DNA of 64,000 bases from an uncultured Methanoregulaceae archaeon. Lineage in GTDB: Archaea > Halobacteriota > Methanomicrobia > Methanomicrobiales > Methanospirillaceae. Positions 45,901 through 57,009 of this stretch are shown piece after piece. Numbering within the stretch: position 1 is the stretch's first letter; each line of letters opens with the position of its first letter. The DNA lies in NCBI GenBank assembly GCA_963841015.1, contig CAWJAX010000003.1:64001-128000 (forward strand), in the 5' to 3' direction. The translations under genes were made by a program, and so were the position numbers. The notes under the pieces are model-generated. The model ran no database searches and had not been told where the DNA came from. It was given only the letters and a program-made list of their open reading frames with translations.

Positions 45901-48900
45901 AGAGTGCCTTCCCATTTTTAACCCAGCCGTCAACCTGATCCGGGTCAATTTTTAAGGATTTGGTGTATGCCGCGATTGCGTCTTCTGTTCGCCCGAGCTC
46001 GTTGAGGGCATCGCCTTTTCGCATCCAGATATCCCTGAGGGCTGGGTTGATGTCAAGCGCCTTTGTATAAGAGACCACAGCATCGTGGATCTTGCCGAGA
46101 TCATGCAGGGCATTGCCCTTTTTTACCCAGCCCTCAGTAAAATTTGAATTGATCTCAAGCGCTTTTGAATAAGCAAGAATAGCCTCCTGTTTTCTGCCAA
46201 GTGAAAAGAGTGCATTTCCTTTCTGCATCCAGATCTCGATAATCGTAGGATTCAGAGAAAGGATCCGGTCATGTGTTTCGATAGCGTCAGAGAACTGACT
46301 AAGCTCTGACAAGAGATTTCGCTCGACAGATCAGTGCTTCGATACTCGACGGATTCGCTGATAAAGCCCTGTCCAGGAGTGGTAAAGCCTCTTCATACCG
46401 TGACAGTTCAGCGTTGGCGATACCCTGATACAGGTAACTGTCTGTTAACGATGGATCAATTTCTGTCGCGTTAATAAATGCAGAAATAGCCTCTTCATAT
46501 CTTTTTGACTGCAGATAGGAAACCCCAAGATAATAATAATTTAATGCATCTGAAGGATCGAGTGTAATGGCAGTCTCGAAAGACTTCAGGGCATCGCTGT
46601 AGCGTTCACGCTGAACGAGAGCAACACCTTTGAAATGATGGGCGGAAGCATTTGAGGGATCAAGCGCTATTGCCTTATCGAATGCCTTTATCGCGTCAGT
46701 AAATCGCTCCTGTCCGGCAAATGAGACACCCAGGAAGTAAAAACCAAGTGCATTTTCAGGTTCGATGGCTAAAGACTTCTCAAATGCCGTGATGGCATCA
46801 TCATACCTTTCACGCTGAGCGAGAGCAATACCTTTTTGATAGAGAATTTTCGGATCTTTGGGGGTGATTTCGAGTGCCTGGTCATAAGATACGACAGCTT
46901 CAAGTGTTTTTCCCAGATGCAGCAAGGCGTTCCCTCTCTCAAAAAATGCACGGGCACAGCGCCGGTTGATTTCGAGAGTTTTATCAAATGCATGAACAGC
47001 TTCTTCAAATCGTTCGAGGGCGATAAAACCAATGCCCAGGTAACACCATGCCCAGAGATCGCGAGGTTGTTCTTCAATTGAACTGCTGAGAATCGAAACT
47101 GCTTCTTCATACTTATGAATCCGGAGAAGCTCGATACTTTTTCTTACTGCCGCTTCAGTATGTTTTGGGTTTAATGCGAGTGCATGATCAAACGCCGAAA
47201 TAGCCTCTTCAGGCAGGTCCAGATTTGTCAGAGCAATACCTTTGTAAAGCCATGAATCAATGTGTGCCGGGTTCTGTTCGAGTGCTTTCTCAAATGTATT
47301 GAGTGCGTCCTGATAGTGGAAAAGGTGTAAAAAAGCGATTCCTTTTCCGTATAACGCCTCTGAATTTTGCGGGGAAATCTCCAGTACACGATCGAAGGTT
47401 TCAAGGGCGAATGTATATTGTTTGAGCTGCAATTGGGCAGAACCGAGGTTATAGAGTGCAGGGAAACAGACTGGATCAATAACAAGGGCAGAATCAAATA
47501 CATCGATCGCTTCACTATATTCTTTTAATTGAATGAGACAAAGTCCCTTGTTGAAAAGTGCATCAATAAAAACGGGATTAATTGCAAGAGCTTTCTCAAA
47601 CGCCTTGATTGCATCAGCATACTGCTGATTCTTTTGGAGAGTTCTTCCTTTATGATAATTGGTTTTCAAATTGTCAGGTTCAAATTCAAGAGCATTATCA
47701 TAAGATAAAATTGCCTCCTTGTACATTCCCATACTGGCCAGAGCATTTCCCTTACCATAGAATGCCGGGGCACATGACCGGTTAAACTCAATCGTTTTAT
47801 CGAATGCCTGAACTGCTTTTTCAAATTGTCCCAGGGAAGAAAGTGCAATACCATGGTAACACCATGCCAGGGCATCACGGGGACTTTCCTTAAGATATCT
47901 GTTGAAAACTGCTACTGCCTCCTCATTTTTTTCGAGCTTGACAAGAGCAATTCCCTTTCGGACAATAGCATCTTTTCCTTTTGGCTCCAATGCATTTGTT
48001 TTATCAAATGCTGCGATCGCCTCTTCATATTGTTTTAACTGGAGGTGAACGATCCCTAAATAATAATATGACGGAGCATAAGCAGGATCGAGTGTTATGG
48101 CATGATTGAATTCGGCTAAAGCATCATCATAGTGCTCTATCGCGATAAGTGCAATGCCCTTGAAATGGTGGATGAGGGCATTTGAGGGTTCAATCGAAAG
48201 GGAATGGTCGAAGGCTGTTATTGCTTCATAATATCGCTCAGTTCCGGCATATGCCACACCAAGGTAATAATATCCGGAAGCATTTTCCGGTTCATGAGAA
48301 AGAGCCCGTTCAAATGTGTCGATTGCCTCGTTATACTGTTCCTTACGGGATAGGGCAACCCCCTTAAAATAGAGAATTCTTGGATTATCGGGTTCAATCT
48401 CTAATGCATGATCATAGAGTGCCACTGCCTCGGACTGGTTTCCTATAGCTGAGAGGGCATTCGCTTTCTCATAGATAGCACGCGTGCATCGGTTGTTGAT
48501 TTCCAAAGCTTTATCAAATGACTGGATTGATTCTTCAAATCTTTCGATTGCGGAGAGGGCAATGCCCCTGTTGCACCAGGCCCAGTCGTTATCAGGTTTC
48601 TCTTCAAGAGCACGATCGAGGATCACTATTGCTTCATCATATCGACAAAGGGCGACAAGCACGATTCCTTTACGAACTGCTGCTTCAGAGTGTCTTGGGT
48701 TTAACAAGAGGTACTTTGTCAAATGCGACAATTGCGTCTTCCAGCAAGCCGAGGTTGTTGAGAGTTATTCCCTTATAGAGCCAACCCTCAACCAGTCCCG
48801 GGTTTTGGTCGATTGCATCATCAAAGCTTACCAGCGATTCCTGATATCTTGAAAGGTTAAAGAGTGCGATCCCCCGGTTATACAACGCTCCGGTATTTTG

Positions 48901-50742
48901 GGGTAAGAGTGCAAGTACATTATCCAGATCTGCAACGGCCTCAGCATAGTGCTTGATCTGCATGAGAGAAATTCCCCTTTGATAGAGCACAAGGGTATTT
49001 GCTGGATCAATTTCCAGCGCCTGATCAAATGCATAAATTGCATCGTCAAATCTGTCGAGTCGAAGGAGCGCAAGTCCCAGATTATAATAAGCGTTTACGT
49101 AGTTTGGGTTGATTGCAATTGCCTGCTCGAACGCATCGATTGCCAGCTCGGACTTTTCGAGTTTTGCTAAAGAGAGACCTTTGTCAAAGTATGTCTGGGC
49201 GTATGATGGTTTGATCGCAATACTTTCGTTGTAAGAATCTATGGCATCACCATATTTTCCAAGTCTTGCAAGCAGGAGCCCTTTCTGGTGATATGCCTGT
49301 GCGTTTTCCCGGTCCTGCAGGATGGCCTTATCAAATTCCTGAATTGCTTCGTTAATATTACCCAGTTTCGCGAGTGCAAATCCCTTATTGTAAAATGCAT
49401 CGGTAAAGAGTGGATTGATTTTTAATGCCTGGTCATAAGCGCTGATAGCTTCGGCAAATCTGCCGAGATTCGCATAGGCAATTCCCTTCTGATATGCAGC
49501 GGAAGCACATTGAGGATCCTGATCGAGTGCTCGTTCGAATGATTCGATCGCTTCTTTATGCCTGCCAAGCTTGGTAAGGGCGATTCCACGGTAATAAAAT
49601 GATGCCGGATGTTCCGTTTTTAAAAGCGTTTGCGTAAATGAAGCCAGTGCATCCTCATACCGGCTCAGTTTTATACAGGCAACTCCTTTCAGATACAGCG
49701 CATCGGAATTTTCGGGATCAAGTGAGAGAACATGATCGAAATCGAGTGCAGCATCGCGGTATTTACTCTGATAGGCTAAGGCAATACCCCGGTTGTAATA
49801 TGCACTGGCATTTTCCGGGCTAAGTTCAATAGCTTTATTGAACGCAAAAACTGCATCGCTGAACTTCTGAATCTTATTTGAAGACAGTCCCCTGTGGAGC
49901 CATGCATCAGCAATCAGGGGGTCGATTTCAAGGGATCGATCAAGTGCAGTAATTGCGTCTTCATATCTTCCGATTTTGAACAATGAAATTCCTTTAATCG
50001 CCCAGATATCAGAATGTCCCGGTTCATATTCAAGGAATTTATCAGCCGATTCATTGGCTTGGCTGTATTGTTCCTGTTTTGCAAGAATGAAACTGAGGTA
50101 ATACCATACCCAGATATCAGTGGGATCCAACTCGTACGCCTTATTGAAAGCGTTCAGGGAATCAGCGTATTTTCCGAGGTCATATAAGGATATTCCTTTA
50201 TTATAGAATGCCCTGGCATACGTAGGTACAATTTCAATAGCCTTATCGTAGGCAAAAATTGCCTCATTGTGCCGACTGAGATCAGCAAGGGCAATTCCTT
50301 TATTATAATAGACTTTTGCATGGCGGGGATCGACTGTTAGCGCATGATCATATGCGCTAATGGCTTCTTTAAAGCGTCCCAATTCATAAAAGGCAATACC
50401 TTTAAGAATCCATGCTTCTGCATTGTCCCAGGAGGTCGCGAGTAACCGATCGCATGCTTCGAGGGCTTTTTCATTCTTCCCAATCTGGGCAAGTGTTGCC
50501 GCTTTATTGTACCATGCATTTGTGTCAGCCGGATCGATTGTAACTGCATGATCGTATGAATCAATCGCATCTTCGTATTTGCCAAGGTCATACAGGGCTA
50601 TACCTTTGAAATAATAGGCTTTTGAAAGGTCGGGAAAGAGGGCGAGTGCCCGGTCAAACATTATGATGGCTTCCTGATATCTGCCAAGATCATAGAGTTC
50701 GATGCCCTGTCGCAACAATGCCTCAGCATCACTCTTATTCAT
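36974..50742 (-). CDS. giant tetratricopeptide-repeat protein (~4,600 aa; split by ~6 apparent indels into ORFs 48685-50742, 46299-48731, 45080-46312, 40453-45135, 37584-40751, 36974-37936)
   Basis: Continuous 34-aa TPR periodicity across all fragments; the repeat register continues across each frame switch, with no intergenic gaps. Confidence 0.85.
46476..49116 (-). repeat. 15-TPR (1530 bp) internal super-repeat
   Basis: NPRHSEAAVRK (~48691) and NPKHTEAAVRK (~47161) are exactly 1530 bp apart, and the flanking distinctive TPRs recur in the same order. Confidence 0.75.
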
Positions 50743-50989
50743 GAATTTCTTACCTCACTGTAAATAGCATTTGAAATTCCGGTATTTTCTGCACTTAATG
50801 CTCACCTATAATGGTTTAAATAATCGGCATATACCCTTTTTGGTACTTATGTATGTGTATCAATATTTATCAATACTATTTATATACCATAATCTTGATC
50901 GTTTGATTTTCAAACTCCCGAAAAAAAGTAAACACGAGTGGGGAAAGCCAAGGAATGTAATATCCCTTCGATTATTGTCAATATAAAAA

Positions 50990-51658
50990 TTATGCTGCAT
51001 CTGCACTTTCATAGAGCCTTGTGATATAACGTGGAGAAAATAAACTCAGAAATGGAAGCAGGATGAGGAAAAGAATAATACCGGTGTAGGGGATTACCAT
51101 GTTTATTATAAGGCAGATTATTATTATGTTGATGAGAGTAATGAGCATCATCAGCAGGGCGATAATGTAGGCCATCCGGCCAATCCTGCCAATATGAGCA
51201 AGGATAGCTCCGAAATTGAACGCTTCACCCATAGAATCAGTACGTGCAAAACGAACTCCTGCAGTCATGACAATCAACAAGACTGAAATGGCAACCATAA
51301 CAAGAATAATCGCTCCCATAAGAATGGCAATTATCAACCCCCCGATAGTTGCGGGATTCACGGAAGATCTTAATATATCTGCACTTTCAAAAAGCACAAA
51401 AGATAAGATAAGTACCGGTAATGAGTAGATTAAACCAACAATGAAAAGTCTGATTCCGTCAATGAACATTCTGCCCCAGTTATCTAATTTCGGGGATGGA
51501 TTTGCACCACGATAAATTCGTATGACATATCCCAGATAGAGCGGGAACACGATGCAGCTGAAGATAAGGAGTATCCATTTCTTCCATTTTCCAATCAGAC
51601 CCTCTTTTGCATATTCAAACGAATCTTCGATAATCTCTCCACTATCCACTCTGCTCAC
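50990..51658 (-). CDS. DUF4013 membrane protein (paralog of 28363-29022)
   Basis: SFEYAKE, GY..RIYRG..P.P.LDNWG.MFIDG and RFART.SMGEAFN motifs. Confidence 0.88.
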   Translation of the reverse strand: MSRVDSGEIIEDSFEYAKEGLIGKWKKWILLIFSCIVFPLYLGYVIRIYRGANPSPKLDNWGRMFIDGIRLFIVGLIYSLPVLILSFVLFESADILRSSVNPATIGGLIIAILMGAIILVMVAISVLLIVMTAGVRFARTDSMGEAFNFGAILAHIGRIGRMAYIIALLMMLITLINIIIICLIINMVIPYTGIILFLILLPFLSLFSPRYITRLYESADAA

Positions 51659-52343
51659 CTTTGAAAGAGGAAATAATTATTTACCGTTGGACACTCCTGT
51701 ATTAAAATCTATATAAAAAATAACAGGTTATTATAATTATTTTAATAAGTTTTAACTGGTGTGCACATCACATATTGGCGTTTTTTAAAAGGAAATAGCA
51801 AATACACGGTTTAAATCTTTTTATCATAAACTGTTAAAAATTCAAGGGGTCATCCGTGCAACTGACTTGTCAGTACCTGGGAACCTTTCACTGAACACTC
51901 CTTCACGCCTTCTCTGACTTGCCACATCAGACTATTTTGGTTTTAGGAAAAGGGATCGAAATTGTGGTTCTGATCTGTGTCTTACCAATTGGCAACGAAA
52001 CAACACCTGGGGACGTTGATACCCCCGTAGATAAACCGTGAGGGAATCTCAACGGGGAATTCAATCGTTAGCAACCGATAAATACTCTGTAATACCGGTC
52101 ATTCAGATATTACAACAAATGGCAGCATGATAACAGGAGCTTGCCCTTCTGTCAGGATTAATTGAAATTTCTGAATATATTTCCAGCAGGTTATTACTTA
52201 TTCTGATGCTCAAGTGGATTTATGCGGATAAAAAGACAAGGACCAATTGACAATTTGTCAGAATGCGAACTCACATATGGAAGAACAACAGCATAATTAA
52301 ATATTCATGAAACTTGCAGGGATTTCTTAGGGGTATTCATAGT

Positions 52344-53912
52344 ATGAAAGATATTGAGCTGTCAAAAAAACAGCATACAATGGAACCAGGCATTATAGAA
52401 TCAGAAATGCATGATATGACTATCAAACGAAGAGTAATTCACTGGATTCGCCATAATTTCTTCTTCTTTATTACGGGTATGGCCTGTATTATCTGGTTCC
52501 TGTTCCGGACGGGAACCAAACCCTCTCGCGTTGAATATCCCTGTCAGCAGGCATCTATAGCAGGAGCAAATCTCTGGATAGCTGTCTACCTGCTTCCGCT
52601 CGTATCGATGATACAATCAATTGGAAATGGACGCAGACAGACCCCTAGACTCCTGGGCGCGGGAATTATCGTGGTTTTTCTCATCATCGGCGCTTTGTAT
52701 TTTTTCGGAGGTTCGAATTCAGAGCCGATTCCTGATGGCCAGTCACAATCCATGACCGGAGCGGTCATCACAGAAAAATTAAATGCAACTGTTGTTACTT
52801 CAGAAATCTTTGTGGTTAATGGGACATCGGGGAATGATGGGGGTGTCTATCAGCTTCTTAGTCTGATGGAACAGAAAGGGACTCCGTTCTATGCGGCCGC
52901 GAAAGGAACGCAAAAAAACGGATTGATTGCAAAGGATGATGTCGTGATTATCAAGGTTAACGGTCAGTGGGACCAGCGTGGTGGTACGAATACCGATCTT
53001 GTCAGGTCGCTGATTCAGGCAATTGTAAACCATCCGGATGAATTTACCGGAGAGATAATCGTGGCAGATAACGGCCAGGCGCAATATGGAGTAACACAAA
53101 CCGGGGGAAACCTCAACTACGCGAAGAATAATGCAGAAGACAAATCCCAGTCAATGGAGAGTGTAGCCAGATCGTTTTCCGGAACAAATCGGGTATCAAC
53201 ATATCTTTGGGATACCATAACAACACAGCGAGTGAATGAGTATGACGAAGGTGATATGAATGACGGGTATATTGTTAATGAGACCCCCAATCCAAGAACT
53301 CGACTTATTGTCTCATATCCAAAATTCAGGACTCAGTATGGAACCTATGTGAGTTTCAAAAAAGGTATCTGGAATAATGAAACACGTTCATATGAGGAGG
53401 ACCGGCTGAAGATTATCAATGTACCAGTCCTGAAAACTCATGGCACTTTCGGAGTAACCGGAGCTGTGAAAAATTATATGGGGGTTCCTTCGGACAAGCT
53501 CACCACCCAGATGGGGAGCAGAGCACATTTAACTGTTGACAAGGGAGGAATGGGAACCCAGATGGCAGAGACCCGGTTCCCCGCTATTACTATCCTTGAT
53601 GCAATTTGGATTAATGCAAACATGAAACCCTCGGGTCCCGTAACAACCTACGCACAGGCAACAAGGATGAATATCATCGCAGCGAGCACTGATCCGGTTG
53701 CGCTTGATTACTGGGCAGCACAAAATATCCTCATGCCCGCTGCAAAATCCAAGGGCTACTCAGATTTGTCCTCTATGGATCCTGAAAATAATTCCCCGGG
53801 GAAATTTGGGAGCTGGCTCCGTCTCTCTATGATGGAACTTCGTGAAGCGGGATATAAAACAACCATAAACAGGGATGCAATGAATATTTATGTCGCTCAG
53901 AACACCCCATGA
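52344..53912 (+). CDS. membrane-anchored DUF362-family protein
   Basis: N-terminal TM helices with RTGTKPSR..YPCQ; VIIKVN, INVPVLKTH..GVTGAVKNYMG and STDPVALD motifs; start uncertain. Confidence 0.8.
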   Translation: MKDIELSKKQHTMEPGIIESEMHDMTIKRRVIHWIRHNFFFFITGMACIIWFLFRTGTKPSRVEYPCQQASIAGANLWIAVYLLPLVSMIQSIGNGRRQTPRLLGAGIIVVFLIIGALYFFGGSNSEPIPDGQSQSMTGAVITEKLNATVVTSEIFVVNGTSGNDGGVYQLLSLMEQKGTPFYAAAKGTQKNGLIAKDDVVIIKVNGQWDQRGGTNTDLVRSLIQAIVNHPDEFTGEIIVADNGQAQYGVTQTGGNLNYAKNNAEDKSQSMESVARSFSGTNRVSTYLWDTITTQRVNEYDEGDMNDGYIVNETPNPRTRLIVSYPKFRTQYGTYVSFKKGIWNNETRSYEEDRLKIINVPVLKTHGTFGVTGAVKNYMGVPSDKLTTQMGSRAHLTVDKGGMGTQMAETRFPAITILDAIWINANMKPSGPVTTYAQATRMNIIAASTDPVALDYWAAQNILMPAAKSKGYSDLSSMDPENNSPGKFGSWLRLSMMELREAGYKTTINRDAMNIYVAQNTP

Positions 53913-53974
53913 TACTATACTGAATCATATCGGGAGAGTACGTAGATTCAAGTTTAACTGCTATCTTTGTAACA

Positions 53975-54192
53975 AAGAGTGGGGAACCCTCTGATAAGAG
54001 TATGAGCTGGGGCTTACCCAATGATGTACCGGTTATCGGGGACTGGAATGGGATGGTACTGATACTGTTGGTATCTACCACAGCGGTAATTTCTTCCTCA
54101 AGAACAGTAATGCTCCTGGTAATGCAGATCTGGTCTTTGGATATGGAATATCAACTGATACACCGTTAGAAGGTGACTGGGCCGGATTATAA
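53975..54192 (+). pseudogene. fragment of FG-GAP/VCBS-like repeat surface protein
   Basis: Reads WGLPNDVPVIGDWNG/(D)GTDTVGIY...FFLKNSNAPGNADLVFGYG..TDTPLEGDW across an indel; no N-terminus. Confidence 0.65.
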
Positions 54193-54291
54193 GAAGAGTT
54201 GGGAAAAATCCCCATCTAACATTTTTGCTTGAAACATTTTCACCCCCTCCATAGTATTTCATTCCCTTTAATTCAGTCAAAATCTGTAATT

Positions 54292-54438
54292 ATGGAATCT
54301 TATTGGTGTTCTCAACAAAATTCTGACATTAATTTGAATGATGGCACAATATCGGATATTATACTAATACCCTGCCGTAAAACGGAATGTGTTGTATGGA
54401 GAGATGGAGAATGTACCCATATCAGTAAAGCAGGGTAA
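54292..54438 (+). CDS. Cys-rich microprotein, copy 1 (48 aa)
   Basis: 40/48 aa identical to 56177-56359, with many synonymous differences. Confidence 0.7.
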   Translation: MESYWCSQQNSDINLNDGTISDIILIPCRKTECVVWRDGECTHISKAG

Positions 54439-54925
54439 TATCCTAATCAAATTTTTATTTTAGGTCCCTGTCAAAATCTCTTTCAGCTTGGAGCCGCTGC
54501 GATCTCCTGGCATAACGATCTTTAGAATTTTTAATTTCTGGTTCACTTGGCCGTAACTTTAAGGTTTTCGGAATATTTTGCATGTGAATCGCCTTTTTAA
54601 TTATCTCATTCGCAGACTTTTTTTAAAGTTTTATTAAATAATAAAAATTGGCAATGCGCCGATGCCTTGCCACTCTTTATTACTTAGTCAGAATAGGTAA
54701 CCGTTTAAGGAAGATCCAAGCGTTCATAGTCCAATCCCATTGACAGGATCTTCCGCTTTTTTTTAAACTCATATCGTTCGTCTGTTGGCAGATTGCAAGG
54801 AGGAAAGTATCCACTGTATGATTGCTGTATGATTGTTTCAAAATTTGTTTCAAAATCTGTTTTTCTGGGGAAATAATAAGACAATTAATTGAACACACTG
54901 AATTTGCACATACGGGAGAAGAACC

Positions 54926-55207
54926 ATGAAAGAACCGTTAACTCCTGATGAAGACGCCGTGTTTCTTGAATTTACTCGTCGAGATGTAAAGCCAGGTGAA
55001 GAGGCAATGGTAATAGACCAAATTGCAGAGTCGTGCAATATGTCCTACCAGCGCACTCGAAAAGCGGCACAGAGGTTATTTAAAAAAGGGTATCTCTACA
55101 ATCTTGAAGATGAAAAAGAGCAAGATGAAGTACGAATGCGGGAAATACTGCGCGACTTGTTGCTTCACGATCGCGAGATAAGAGAGTTGTTGAAGACAGA
55201 CTTGTAG
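54926..55207 (+). CDS. small hypothetical protein, possible wHTH
   Basis: IDQIAESCNMSYQRTRKAAQRLFKKGYL resembles a wHTH. Confidence 0.6.
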   Translation: MKEPLTPDEDAVFLEFTRRDVKPGEEAMVIDQIAESCNMSYQRTRKAAQRLFKKGYLYNLEDEKEQDEVRMREILRDLLLHDREIRELLKTDL

Positions 55208-55210
55208 AAT

Positions 55211-55975
55211 ATGAATTTTGAACAAAAATACTACGAACAATCTGATGTTTGGAATGGCTATTTTAAAGATAAAACCCACACTGAACGAGCCCAAATTACC
55301 TTGGATCTGATTCCGAAAGGGGTTGATTCAATCCTTGATATAGGTTGTGGCGTGGGTAATCTGACAAATCGTATTGAAAAAAATTTCGTCGTTGGTTTGG
55401 ATTTTGCACATACGCCTTTGACATATGTAAAAAAAAATCCAATTCAAGCGAATATTACTAATTTACCCTTTAAAAGAAAAACTTTCAAATTAATCATTAT
55501 TACTGAAATTTTGGAACACCTTAACAATCTGAATTTTCAGAGGGGTTTTAATGAGATTATTCGGCTGGATCCCGATTATATTTTATTATCCACCCCTTTT
55601 AATGAAGATATCACCCTGGAGTTATGTAAATGTAAAAAATGTGGGAACGTTTTTAATTTATCATTACATCAACGCTCTTTTGATACGGAATCATTACAAA
55701 TGCTCTTTAAAAATTACGATTTAGAAAAAAAGTTATATATTACCTACAAAATATCTCCAAATAAAAATTTAATAAAAATCAAACAAAATTTCGGTATTTT
55801 TAATTATTCAAAATCTTGTATGTGCAATAAATGTGGTAATTCAGTAATTGAACCAAAAAAAGTCCCTGATTTATTTTTTAACTCTTTTTTAACTCCAATA
55901 TTGAATGTATCAAAGTCCTTTGCTGGTACAAAACAACCTTATCATCAAATCTTGTTATTTCATAAGAAGTTATAA
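55211..55975 (+). CDS. class I SAM-dependent methyltransferase with CxxC motifs
   Basis: SILDIGCGVG, GLD, LPF and EILEHL motifs; CKKCG and CNKCG; very AT-rich. Confidence 0.85.
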   Translation: MNFEQKYYEQSDVWNGYFKDKTHTERAQITLDLIPKGVDSILDIGCGVGNLTNRIEKNFVVGLDFAHTPLTYVKKNPIQANITNLPFKRKTFKLIIITEILEHLNNLNFQRGFNEIIRLDPDYILLSTPFNEDITLELCKCKKCGNVFNLSLHQRSFDTESLQMLFKNYDLEKKLYITYKISPNKNLIKIKQNFGIFNYSKSCMCNKCGNSVIEPKKVPDLFFNSFLTPILNVSKSFAGTKQPYHQILLFHKKL

Positions 55976-56176
55976 TCATTTAAATTAGGAGGATATTTTG
56001 TATGTAATGTAATCCTATTGATTGATCATCAATCGACAACCCTGGTACACTTGAAAATCAATCTAGCTACACCGTCCCATATTCCGAGTAATTCTGCCAA
56101 CCGATTGCCTGCCTTGATTGCACTTTCACTCTTCACTGGACAATTATTGATACCTTTAATTTTCGCGTGATGATTC

Positions 56177-56359
56177 ATGGAATCGTACTGGTGTTGTCAG
56201 AAAAATTCAGACGTTAATTTGAATGATGGCACAATTTCGGATCTTGCCCTAATACCGTGCCGCAAAGCAGAATGTGTTGTGTGGAGAGATGGGGAGTGCA
56301 GCCATATCAGAAAAGCCGGGAAGCCCGACAAGCCCCATGTCTGGAGCAGACAAGATTAA
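56177..56359 (+). CDS. Cys-rich microprotein, copy 2 (60 aa)
   Basis: Paralog of 54292-54438. Confidence 0.7.
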   Translation: MESYWCCQKNSDVNLNDGTISDLALIPCRKAECVVWRDGECSHIRKAGKPDKPHVWSRQD

Positions 56360-56500
56360 CACGATTTTTCAGTGTATGAAAATAGAAACCGTCACCAAGC
56401 CCCTTTATTTTGCCGATCGCATGGGTGGGAGTACGTTTCTATGATGCAATATCAGGAAATTGAACTAAAGTTTGTAGTGACAAGAACAACACTATCCCAA

Positions 56501-56644
56501 TTAATCAGGTAACATGAGTTTGCATTTCGGGCAGTACTGCCAGGGAATCGTGAACCATTTTGTGATCTTGGAATCACTCACTTTGATGTAGCAGCGGTGC
56601 ATTTTTCCACAACCATTTGGACATGGCTTGGATTTGGATTTCAT
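56501..56644 (-). CDS. zinc-ribbon-like microprotein (47 aa)
   Basis: MKSKSKPCPNGCGKM...YCPKCKLMLPD has paired Cys knuckles. Confidence 0.6.
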   Translation of the reverse strand: MKSKSKPCPNGCGKMHRCYIKVSDSKITKWFTIPWQYCPKCKLMLPD

Positions 56645-56752
56645 AGAATAGTATACTATTTCAAAAACGATAAAGCTAATCGGCAAAAGAATAGAGGAGA
56701 TTTTTAAAAATTTCTTTTTTAGAAGTGATGAGAGATTATAACTTTTAACCCA

Positions 56753-56826
56753 AGCCTATGCCGAGATTTGAACTCGGGACTTCCTCCTTACCAAGGAGGC
56801 ACACTGCCAGGCTGTGTCACATAGGC
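56753..56826 (-). tRNA. tRNA-Thr(GGT)
   Basis: Cloverleaf: acceptor GCCTATG/CATAGGC, anticodon arm CCTCC-TTGGTAA-GGAGG, T arm CCGAG-TTCAAAT-CTCGG. Confidence 0.95.
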
Positions 56827-57009
56827 TCACTTTTTATTTCGACATGCCCATCTACCTGTCATCCTTCTCAAGGACGTGCTGTGTCACAAAGCCCCTAGGC
56901 AGATTGCCTAACTACGTTGTTAGTAATCCCTATAAAACATTGCGGAACCTGAGAACTAAATCAGATCTTCTCTTTTTTTTAAAAACGATATTCTCCATCA
57001 CTTAGGAAT

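Noticed and set aside
36974-50742. CRISPR array or DNA tandem repeat
   Set aside because: Periodicity is at the protein level (TPR); no identical nucleotide repeats with spacers
51850-52145. Possible Nre-family DNA repair gene remnant (WQVREGV on the minus strand)
   Set aside because: Only one short motif, with multiple stops and inconsistent spacing
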